Under the pieces are notes generated by a model that did no database searches, had not been told where the DNA came from, and saw only the letters and a program-made list of their open reading frames with translations. From IMG/VR virus record IMGVR_UViG_3300025437_000009: a stretch of 64,000 nt of DNA. One strand, given 5' to 3'. Positions 56,280 to 64,000 of this stretch are shown piece after piece. Every line of letters starts with the position of its first letter. Within the stretch, counting starts at the first letter, position 1. Position numbers and translations under genes: made by a program. The stretch comes from a virus. Lineage: Duplodnaviria > Caudoviricetes.

Positions 56280-57435
56280 CAATTCGTTGACCTAAACGAT
56301 TAACGGTATACGGCGCCGGGGTAGTAAAACTATCAGCCATGGACTTTAATTCTGCTTTAAGATGATCCCATTCTTTCTTGATAAAATTAGGATCTGTAAA
56401 CAAGTTATAGTTATGATCTAGTGTAGGTTGCATGTCTATCAGCATTAATTTTTGTTGTTCTGGTGACATATTAGATAGATCGCGTAGTATGTCTACTACC
56501 CGGGACATTCTTAGAATAGGATCTTCTATGGCGTCGTAGCTTTCGTCCCAATAATCACCAAATGTACGGAATCCGTAACTGCGTAGATACTCTAAGTTAT
56601 GAACACAACCCAGCAGTAGGAAGGGCATACGCAGGACAATTGGTTTAAATATTTTTTCTGTTAGGTGAGTTTTATCTTGCCAATAACAAGTTTCAGTAAC
56701 AACAAATACAAAACTTTCCATCAATTGATCCATAGGACTTAATAACATACTTTGATTGGGTATATCTTGATCAGCAAAATCTATTCGAAGTTCTGGAAGT
56801 TGGTTAATGTTAGTGATAGCTTCTCTTACAAGTAAAGGATCAACTCCTTGATTAACAATACTTAATTCTAAATTAGAATCAAATGATCCGCCATCGGGAC
56901 AAATTTTGCTAAAGCTAACGTAGCCCTGATCTAATAGATTATGTTTATACAATTCATTAACGAAAAGACTTCTATATACACGTTCGTTACTGGTTAACCT
57001 ATTAAAAGTAATATATGTTTTTGCTAGTGTTCTATCCCGTGGACTGATTAATCCTGGTAAGTATTCGTGTCCTCGATACCAATCTGCTGCTGCAAATATG
57101 TGAAAAAAGTAATCGAGGTGAGCAAATCTAAATTGATCACAAATGCGTTCTTTTTCAGTTGACAACTGTTCAGTACTAACTAAAACCCACGGTCCGTAGG
57201 TATTTGAAGTAATGTATTCAAATAATGATTTGTTGTAACCAAAGTTAAGAGGTTCTTGATCATAAAAAATAAACATTGGTCCTCGAGCTTCTGGTGGATC
57301 CGTGTCATTTCTTAATGTTTCTAAGTTTTCTGGTTGAGTTGACCCAAAAGGGTATAGGTATACTACCCTTGGATCTGCTATAATAGTCTTTAAGTATTGG
57401 TATATATTTTCGTAATGATTGGATAGGTTATACAT
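56263..57435 (-). CDS. Glycosyltransferase-like protein (C-terminal TET...TEK..KP block reminiscent of GT10/GT-B)
   Basis: FVFVVTET...HLTEKIFKPI...PFLLLG...LRSYGFRTF..YWDESYD. Confidence 0.5.
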   Translation of the reverse strand: MYNLSNHYENIYQYLKTIIADPRVVYLYPFGSTQPENLETLRNDTDPPEARGPMFIFYDQEPLNFGYNKSLFEYITSNTYGPWVLVSTEQLSTEKERICDQFRFAHLDYFFHIFAAADWYRGHEYLPGLISPRDRTLAKTYITFNRLTSNERVYRSLFVNELYKHNLLDQGYVSFSKICPDGGSFDSNLELSIVNQGVDPLLVREAITNINQLPELRIDFADQDIPNQSMLLSPMDQLMESFVFVVTETCYWQDKTHLTEKIFKPIVLRMPFLLLGCVHNLEYLRSYGFRTFGDYWDESYDAIEDPILRMSRVVDILRDLSNMSPEQQKLMLIDMQPTLDHNYNLFTDPNFIKKEWDHLKAELKSMADSFTTPAPYTVNRLGQRIAIDPN

Positions 57436-59854
57436 GTTTGATGTTTTTTATCAGGGACCAAAACCGGGATTATTTGCTTTCGAGCAACCTGCAGAGTCTC
57501 TTGACGAAGCTGCAAGCAAGAGTAGAACTAGTCACTACTGGTATATTTATGGGGGCAATGACTACACGGGATTTGATTTTGACTATACACCTGTCCCTTG
57601 GGAAACTAGTCACATACATGTCTGGCCTAGTCAATGGCAACAAGATGGCGGGGTATATCTAGCCAATCGACGTACTGTGGCTAACCGTGAATGGCATTTC
57701 CGTACAGAACAACGTGTTGTGAGAATACCAGATGACACTAATTGGACTATTCCTGCATATTTGACCGGTATCGACACCAGTTGGCATCCAGATCCTCACG
57801 AACCTAGCTACGTATATCATTTTCCTAGCCAGTGGCAAAGTGCTAGTGGAGCATACTATACTGTTCCTGGCGCTACTGAAGTTAAGTTGTCAGATCAACA
57901 GATATCTACTGCTATTCCCAATCGTCGGTACTGGCACATACCCGATGAAATCAATCAAGAAGGTGTAGATTTTAGCTGGCATCCCAACGTATTAGATCCT
58001 GCGTACATATACCACTTTGGCACAGACTGGCAGGCCAGTGTTGGCCTAACTTATACAGTCACAGGTGCTACGGAAATTAAGTTTGCTGGGCCCATACCTG
58101 GCGGAGAAAATGCCTTGGAAGTGCAGGACATATTCTTTATAGACAAGGGCAATGATACTGCTACTACACGCTACGAACTGCTACGTGGCAAGTATGGTGA
58201 TCGTGTGACCAAATTACGATATGCCAATAGCCTAATAGACACCATTGCTCGTTGTGCTAATAGAACCACTACAAATAAATTTTGGGTTATCAGCAGTGAG
58301 TACGATTATACTACATTTGATTTTGCGTGGCATGCAGAACCTTGGCAAAGTTTCATGACACACGTATTCCCTAGCCAGCATCAAAAGTGGTCTGACACAT
58401 TCTTAATTAACAAGTGGGAATTTCAACGTCACACAGAGTGGGCCAGCACCTTAGAAGAGTTTCCTAATTTGAACTTTGTAACAGATCAAACAGTAAGCAA
58501 GCCCGATAACTTGCATAACATTTATTATGTCGATCACGGTAATCCTACCAGTCGACATCAGTATGAACTTCTACGTTTATCACACCCTGACATAGTATTC
58601 ACACGTTTTGTAGACAATTACTTAGATACATTTAAACGTATTATGTCGACTGCTACTACAGAATATGTTTGGATCATTAATAGTGTATGTGATTACACCC
58701 AGTTTGACTTTACGTGGCAACCAGAACCTTGGCAACGGGAAATGATCCACGTATTCCCTAGTGACAATCAAGAACGTGGCGATACCTTTTACATACACGT
58801 AGAATCATTTAAAAAACAAATGATTGAATTAGAGTTGTTGGATTGGTTTAATGTAATTAACTATTGTGAAGATCAACGTGTGTACCGTTTTGATATGCCC
58901 GTACATCAATACTACACAGATGACCTGGTATCCGAAATTAAGAACTACAAGTTTGACACTCCATATGTATTGTTTACTAACCAAAAAGATCTACAGATGT
59001 TGGCAACACCCTGCTTATGGACAAAGAAAGATCGAGTTGTAGAACGTTTATCGCCTGCGGGTGCTACCGCGATAGTACCTCGTGATATCAAGGCTGATTT
59101 GAAGACACAAATCTATGATTATCCTTATATTCATGCTGGAAAACCGTGGGTAAACGACTACTTAGGAGGTGAGTTTAGCCTTGACATAGTCTATATCAGT
59201 AACGGAGAACCCGATGAAGAACGTTGGTATGAACATACTTGTGACGTAACCAATTCACGAGTAAAATGGGTTAGGGGAGTAAATGGTCGTACTGCCGCTT
59301 ATCAAGAAGCTGCACGTCAGAGTCGCACACCGTGGTTCTTTGCTGTGTTTGCTAAGTTACAGGTCAATCCAGAATTTCCATGGCATACTTGGATGCCAGA
59401 TTATTTTCAAGAACCTAAACACTATATCTTTAATAGCCATAATCCTGTAAATGGATTAGAGTATGGACATCAGGGTGTTATTGCTTATAACAAGAGATTA
59501 GTATTAGAAAATACAGCACCGGGCATCGACTTTACACTTTCGCAAGCACATGAAGCAGTTCCTTTATTATCAGGTATAGCACATTTCAATCAAAGTGAGT
59601 GGATGACTTGGCGTACTGCTTTCCGTGAAGTAGTTAAATTAAAGCACTTTATGGCTACACAACCAACACTAGAAACCAGTCATAGACTAGCAACATGGAC
59701 AACGGTTGCTGAAGGCGACTTTGCTGAATGGAGTATTCGTGGAGCAGAAGATGCTATTCAGTACTACAATGAAGTGGGTGGGGATTACAATCAGCTCATG
59801 TTGAGCTTTGAGTGGGCCTGGTTACAGGAACGTTTTAACGCAGGTAATTTATAA
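57434..59854 (+). CDS. Multi-repeat glycosyltransferase-like protein (~806 aa)
   Basis: Repeated W....DY..FDF.W..EPW....HVF modules plus a C-terminal paralog of 41270..42169. Start moved from 57419 to ATG 57434 (MFDVFY). Confidence 0.55.
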   Translation: MFDVFYQGPKPGLFAFEQPAESLDEAASKSRTSHYWYIYGGNDYTGFDFDYTPVPWETSHIHVWPSQWQQDGGVYLANRRTVANREWHFRTEQRVVRIPDDTNWTIPAYLTGIDTSWHPDPHEPSYVYHFPSQWQSASGAYYTVPGATEVKLSDQQISTAIPNRRYWHIPDEINQEGVDFSWHPNVLDPAYIYHFGTDWQASVGLTYTVTGATEIKFAGPIPGGENALEVQDIFFIDKGNDTATTRYELLRGKYGDRVTKLRYANSLIDTIARCANRTTTNKFWVISSEYDYTTFDFAWHAEPWQSFMTHVFPSQHQKWSDTFLINKWEFQRHTEWASTLEEFPNLNFVTDQTVSKPDNLHNIYYVDHGNPTSRHQYELLRLSHPDIVFTRFVDNYLDTFKRIMSTATTEYVWIINSVCDYTQFDFTWQPEPWQREMIHVFPSDNQERGDTFYIHVESFKKQMIELELLDWFNVINYCEDQRVYRFDMPVHQYYTDDLVSEIKNYKFDTPYVLFTNQKDLQMLATPCLWTKKDRVVERLSPAGATAIVPRDIKADLKTQIYDYPYIHAGKPWVNDYLGGEFSLDIVYISNGEPDEERWYEHTCDVTNSRVKWVRGVNGRTAAYQEAARQSRTPWFFAVFAKLQVNPEFPWHTWMPDYFQEPKHYIFNSHNPVNGLEYGHQGVIAYNKRLVLENTAPGIDFTLSQAHEAVPLLSGIAHFNQSEWMTWRTAFREVVKLKHFMATQPTLETSHRLATWTTVAEGDFAEWSIRGAEDAIQYYNEVGGDYNQLMLSFEWAWLQERFNAGNL

Positions 59855-60941
59855 CAGATTCTGCAACGATTTCTACTTCAGTGTCAGTCAGTTCGGGGTA
59901 GATGGGCAAGCTCAAACACTCTCTACTAAATGCAGTAGATTCTCTAAATAGATCACGAGCATAATCAATATAGTTGTAGCCAACACTTAATTCAAACAGG
60001 GGTTTATCGTAATTGCAACGAGTTTCAATTCCGTGATTGCGCATAAAATCTTTGAGTGTGTGTCTATTAGCAGTTCTAATAACAAACTTTGACCAAGCTG
60101 AATCAACACCAAGTCCGGGTCCTACAATATCAACATATCCATCCAGCTGTTCGATATAGTATTCAGCAATTTCCTGTCTACGTGCTTGCCAGGAATCAAA
60201 GTATTCAAGTTTGACCAGCATGGCAGCACAATCAGCTTCCGACATCTTGCTGTTAGTTCCGTGAGCCTGGTGTCCCATCTTTTTGCCATTGTCACGCAGG
60301 TCCAGTAGATCTTCATATATGCTGTAACTATCTGTCAAGACCATACCACCTGAACCATAGTTGTTTAGATTCTTAGTGGGATCAAAACTCAACACACTGA
60401 TGTGACCTAGACTACCTGAAGGTATTCCTTTGTAGCTAGCACCAAATGATTGTGCAGCATCTTCAATTACTAAAATATCATCGTTGAAAAATTCTGTTTG
60501 TAGTCTAAAACGATCCCAATCTATGACATGTCCAAATAGGTTAGCGTACATGATACAATCTACACCAGCACCGGTCAGCGCGGTATCCATTGACTCCAAA
60601 TCTAATAGAGCACAATGATCAGTATCGCAGAACACAGGGGTATGCCCAGCGTACAGCACACTATTAATAGTGGCAGCAAAACTTAGGGTGGGAATTAATA
60701 CTCGACTTTCGGCTGGGATACAGGCCTGTTGTGCAAAAATTAAACCTTGCGTACAACTGCCCACTGCCACAGCCCATTGGCGTCCACAACGTTGAGCCAC
60801 AGCCTCTTCAAAGGCACGAGTACACGGGCCGTCTAGAACTTGTCCAGTCTGATATACTTCATCCATGGCATCCATGATTTCTTCACGTAGAGTCTTGTAT
60901 TGACGATCAACGCCAAAGAACGGAATCTTTAAGCCACTCAT
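59835..60941 (-). CDS. DegT/DnrJ/EryC1/StrS PLP-dependent sugar aminotransferase
   Basis: IPTLSFAAT, IEDAAQSFG, SFDPTKNL..YG.GG (PLP lysine), LSLPIYP. Start moved to ATG 60941 (MSGLKIPF). Confidence 0.9.
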   Translation of the reverse strand: MSGLKIPFFGVDRQYKTLREEIMDAMDEVYQTGQVLDGPCTRAFEEAVAQRCGRQWAVAVGSCTQGLIFAQQACIPAESRVLIPTLSFAATINSVLYAGHTPVFCDTDHCALLDLESMDTALTGAGVDCIMYANLFGHVIDWDRFRLQTEFFNDDILVIEDAAQSFGASYKGIPSGSLGHISVLSFDPTKNLNNYGSGGMVLTDSYSIYEDLLDLRDNGKKMGHQAHGTNSKMSEADCAAMLVKLEYFDSWQARRQEIAEYYIEQLDGYVDIVGPGLGVDSAWSKFVIRTANRHTLKDFMRNHGIETRCNYDKPLFELSVGYNYIDYARDLFRESTAFSRECLSLPIYPELTDTEVEIVAESVINYLR

Positions 60942-61866
60942 AGTACAGTTGGAAACCTTCTTCAATATCAATTTTTCCGCGATAGCCAAAGTCCATACCA
61001 GCACGAATTGTGCTTAGTGTACCTCGACTAGGAAAACGTGGATTGGCCTCAGCTATTCGAATACGACCATTACCAGCAATTTTAACGGCCAGTTCTGCGG
61101 CTTCCAATAGTGTTCGACCGCTACTGCGTGTGATATTATAAGTACGCCTACTACTGTTAAAACTATTAGTAGCACGTACTATACCTTTTACACAATCATC
61201 TACGTAGGTAAAGTCTAATACTTCATCGGGACCGCATACTACTAATTCTTGATTGCGCATAGCCGCTACCAGGAAACGACTGACCACACGATCTAATACA
61301 TCACGTGGCCCATATACTGCTGAAGGGCGTAGAACAACATGATCTATTCCTGCACGATCACAATGATCACGAGTCAGTTGTTCACCTGCTAACTTAAGAA
61401 TACCGTAAATGCCTTTTGGGGTACACTTCATATCCTCGTAGCCGTAAAGGTCAAAGTCACCATAGACCATACTAGAGCTAACATAAACAAATCTACGTAC
61501 TTTCCAGTATTCACTGGCACGCAATAAATTAATAAGCCCACCAGTTAAGACTTCAGAACCTTCTATGGGATTTAGATCAACAGCCTTGGCGCGAGGATAA
61601 GCAGCACAATGTATAACAATGTCAGGACGGCATTCAGCAAATACTTCTGTCAGTGCTGGATAATCTCTAATGTCAATTTGGTGTATTCGTTTGTTGTTTA
61701 ATCTAGCCAGACGTTCGTTGTGTAGCTGTGTAACCTCTTTTGCAGGTATAGTTCCGCTATAGTCGGTGAGACTATCTATCACACAAACATCATGTCCTTG
61801 ACGTTCAAATTTGGCCACAATGCCGTGACCAATAAATCCAAGTCCACCAGTAACTAATATTTTCAT
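60907..61866 (-). CDS. NAD-dependent sugar-nucleotide epimerase/dehydratase
   Basis: ILVTGGLGFIG, YVSSSMVYG, YGILK (YxxxK), DFTYVDD. Confidence 0.9.
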   Translation of the reverse strand: MKILVTGGLGFIGHGIVAKFERQGHDVCVIDSLTDYSGTIPAKEVTQLHNERLARLNNKRIHQIDIRDYPALTEVFAECRPDIVIHCAAYPRAKAVDLNPIEGSEVLTGGLINLLRASEYWKVRRFVYVSSSMVYGDFDLYGYEDMKCTPKGIYGILKLAGEQLTRDHCDRAGIDHVVLRPSAVYGPRDVLDRVVSRFLVAAMRNQELVVCGPDEVLDFTYVDDCVKGIVRATNSFNSSRRTYNITRSSGRTLLEAAELAVKIAGNGRIRIAEANPRFPSRGTLSTIRAGMDFGYRGKIDIEEGFQLYYEWLKDSVLWR

Positions 61867-62930
61867 CTGTTTGCTATAATCTCTTCAATTTGAATTTTTA
61901 CTTGTGCTATTTCTTTATTATACAGTAAAGGTAGGGACTTTGTAAAGTGATTATGGTTGTGTTCTAGCACAGGAAGCATTTCCTGATAAACAGAATTTAT
62001 CTTTTCTGGGGACCAAGTACTCATGTCTAATATAACACGAAGCATGGCTTCAAATCGTTGACGTCCGACTAGTTTATCGTAACTTTGATCTATCCACTGT
62101 TCAAAAGTTTGAAATCCCATGTCTCTCAACGCATCAAAACTATAAGGATTGCTGTGTAATAAAAAAGGTTGATAAAACAAAATTGGTTTAAACGTTTTCT
62201 CAGTAAAAAATGGAAACTTGTCAAGACTATGTGTTTCTGTAACAATAGAACAAAAACAATCTTCGTAGTATTTGCTGTTACCTATGCCCCAATCGTTATA
62301 ATCAAAATTGTCTACTAATCCAGTGGTCAGTGGAAGTAATTTTTTAGATTCTTTGAAGTCTATTTTATCTGCATACCAAACATTGCCATATTCGCCGGCT
62401 GAAAAATCCTGATCTATTTCGTCCAGTGACTGATACGGTGTACGTTCATAATCTCCAATGTAACTAAAATAGGCCTTATTTCTTAGATTAAAGTTTTCAA
62501 AAAAATAAAATAGACCCTGTCGAAACCATGTTGCACGATTGTTTAAAGATAAAAAATGTAAGAATTTGTTACTATTTTTTATAGCATCAAAATTGACATT
62601 TTTGTATACCATATTATGAGTATAATAGGAGTTAGCGTATTTTAGATTTATAAAACTTGCAGAATTTTTAAATTTATCTTTTAATACAGATGAAATTTCA
62701 TGCGATAATAAAAAAATATAATAATTGCTATAGTCACGAGACAGCATATTTTCAATTTGGTCGTCTCTCAGCAGTTCCCCAATTTGGGAATATAAAATAA
62801 TTTTATTTTTTAATTGAGAAAAATCTCTGTTTGATTCGTTTATTTCCCCGTGATATGTAGTTGATACTACTACGTTATCATTTGCTAAATTTACCAATTC
62901 TTGATAGGAGTTGGTTTTAAGGAAATTCAT
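61863..62930 (-). CDS. Glycosyltransferase-like protein, paralog of 56263..57435
   Basis: SIVTET...FFTEKTFKPI..QPFLL...LRDMGFQTF..IDQSYD; very AT-rich. Confidence 0.5.
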   Translation of the reverse strand: MNFLKTNSYQELVNLANDNVVVSTTYHGEINESNRDFSQLKNKIILYSQIGELLRDDQIENMLSRDYSNYYIFLLSHEISSVLKDKFKNSASFINLKYANSYYTHNMVYKNVNFDAIKNSNKFLHFLSLNNRATWFRQGLFYFFENFNLRNKAYFSYIGDYERTPYQSLDEIDQDFSAGEYGNVWYADKIDFKESKKLLPLTTGLVDNFDYNDWGIGNSKYYEDCFCSIVTETHSLDKFPFFTEKTFKPILFYQPFLLHSNPYSFDALRDMGFQTFEQWIDQSYDKLVGRQRFEAMLRVILDMSTWSPEKINSVYQEMLPVLEHNHNHFTKSLPLLYNKEIAQVKIQIEEIIANR

Positions 62931-63838
62931 ACTGCCATTTCTGCTTGGATTGGTGGATGGCTAGTATATCCCTCTAACTTAATATCAGCCATGGTAAACT
63001 TGGTAATATCAGTAATGTCTGGATTTAATAGAAGCTGTGGAGCAGGTAATGGTTCACGGTTTAATTGTTCTTTTACCTGCTCTACATGATTAAGGTATAT
63101 GTGTGCGTCACCGAGGACATGAACGAACTCTCCTACATCTAATTCACACACCTGCGCAACGAGGTGTGTTAGCAAACTATAGCTTGCGATGTTAAATGGT
63201 ACACCTAAAAACATGTCACAACTACGTTGATACATCTGACAACTTAACTTACCGTCTTTACTTACATAAAACTGTGCAAATGCATGGCATGGCGGCAAAG
63301 CCATTTGATCTAGTTCTCCCGGATTCCATGCAGTTAATATATGTCTGCGTCCAAAGGGATCTCGACGAATGCCGTCAATCAAGGTTCTAAGTTGATCAGT
63401 TTCGACTTCCTGCATACCGCCCTGGATAGTAAAGTAACTGCCAGCATCGTTTTTAATACTACCGGCCTTGACATGCTGACTACTTCGCCAGTGGCGCCAC
63501 TGTACTCCATATACACGTCCTAGATCGCCTTCGTACTGTGCATGTGGTTTCCAGTAGGGTGCTTGAGCATTGGGAGTCCAAATAGTTGTAACCCCATCTC
63601 TAGTACCATGGGTAATTTCAGCTAGTCGGCGTTCATCTCCTGAGCCTTCGATCATCCATAGTAGCTCGCCCATACAGGCCTTCCATGCTAATCGTTTAGT
63701 AGTTACTGCGGGGAATGATTCGGTTAGGTTGTAGCGTTGTTGCATACCGAATAGGCTAATAGTGCCTACTCCGGTACGATCATCACGTTGTTCGCCTTGT
63801 TCAAGGACTTGTTTTAATGCGTTTAAATATTGATTCAT
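62927..63838 (-). CDS. thyA: Thymidylate synthase
   Basis: LGRVYGVQWR, MALPPCH (catalytic Cys), YQRSCDMFLGVPFNIASY, GDAHIY. Confidence 0.96.
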   Translation of the reverse strand: MNQYLNALKQVLEQGEQRDDRTGVGTISLFGMQQRYNLTESFPAVTTKRLAWKACMGELLWMIEGSGDERRLAEITHGTRDGVTTIWTPNAQAPYWKPHAQYEGDLGRVYGVQWRHWRSSQHVKAGSIKNDAGSYFTIQGGMQEVETDQLRTLIDGIRRDPFGRRHILTAWNPGELDQMALPPCHAFAQFYVSKDGKLSCQMYQRSCDMFLGVPFNIASYSLLTHLVAQVCELDVGEFVHVLGDAHIYLNHVEQVKEQLNREPLPAPQLLLNPDITDITKFTMADIKLEGYTSHPPIQAEMAV

Positions 63839-64000
63839 AGACCGTAAATGTTGATTGAAAATCTCGGCTAACAGATGCTCTAATAGGACTGAAGCCGGTA
63901 AGGAATTCTTTTACATGTATCCTAGTATCTACTTTATACGATCCCTTGATGTGTGTCAAGTATATCCTGTCCAATACTGGTTTAGCTTCTTCTAATATAG
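63801..64000 (-). CDS. Dihydrofolate reductase, C-terminal part (runs off window edge; missed by ORF track)
   Basis: ...ILEEAKPVLDRIYLTHIKGSYKVDTRI...FTVYESIFKRIKTSP*; RIYLT-H-I...DT pattern of FolA; directly upstream of thyA. Confidence 0.7.
   Translation of the reverse strand, partial: ILEEAKPVLDRIYLTHIKGSYKVDTRIHVKEFLTGFSPIRASVSRDFQSTFTVYESIFKRIKTSP

Noticed and set aside
60942-61004. N-terminal extension of the DegT gene in the ORF track
   Set aside because: Lies inside the epimerase gene; the family-typical start is MSGLKIPF at 60941.
2098-63523. The many 60-140 aa ORFs nested in or antisense to long genes (e.g. 2098..2424, 5917..6306, 21044..21370, 29246..29650, 37344..37676, 44152..44499, 53936..54286)
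   Set aside because: Fully overlapped by well-supported genes, with no motifs or independent signals; treated as shadow ORFs.
62927-63838. thyA as a dCMP hydroxymethylase initiating DNA hypermodification
   Set aside because: It keeps the dUMP-specifying Asn (PFNIASY, E. coli N177 equivalent) and is paired with DHFR, so it looks like a canonical thymidylate synthase. DNA modification would need another entry enzyme.
1-64000. Stop-codon reassignment (code 15 or 4) as seen in some jumbo phages
   Set aside because: Long conserved genes are intact in code 11 and end in TAA, TAG and TGA. The two breaks found are a frameshift and a remnant, not systematic in-frame stops.
1-64000. Integrase, IS element or CRISPR array
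   Set aside because: No recombinase or transposase motifs, terminal inverted repeats or repeat-spacer arrays were seen.

Overview
This window is part of the genome of a large T4-like (myovirus-type, probably jumbo) bacteriophage in the standard genetic code. Left arm (1-11057): the 5' end of a probable tape-measure gene that the ORF track missed, gp26/gp51-like baseplate hub genes, a NUMOD3 homing endonuclease, a ~470-bp structured non-coding region, and a minus-strand operon. In that operon the core genes (gp55-like late sigma, gp47, gp46, GIY-YIG nuclease) alternate with radical SAM and SGNH genes. Middle (11169-38957): a late baseplate/tail operon with gp48/54-, gp53-, gp27-, gp5-, gp25- and gp6-like genes, a 3390-aa wedge protein and paralogous tail fibres, preceded by T4-like (N)ATAAATA late promoters. 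Right arm (39022-62930): a ~24-kb tailoring cluster with glycosyltransferase-like genes, seven tandem radical SAM/twitch genes plus a remnant, SGNH proteins, a NodU/TobZ-type carbamoyltransferase, an AhpD-like protein, an APS-kinase/nucleotidyltransferase fusion, DUF2061, a DegT aminotransferase and an NAD-dependent epimerase. It starts at a perfect sigma70 promoter and ends at thyA-DHFR. The best candidates for undescribed biology are (1) this phage glycan/amino-sugar modification system with 10 radical SAM enzymes and (2) the multi-helix ncRNA downstream of the GIY-YIG gene. All calls come from manual motif reading; no database searches were run.
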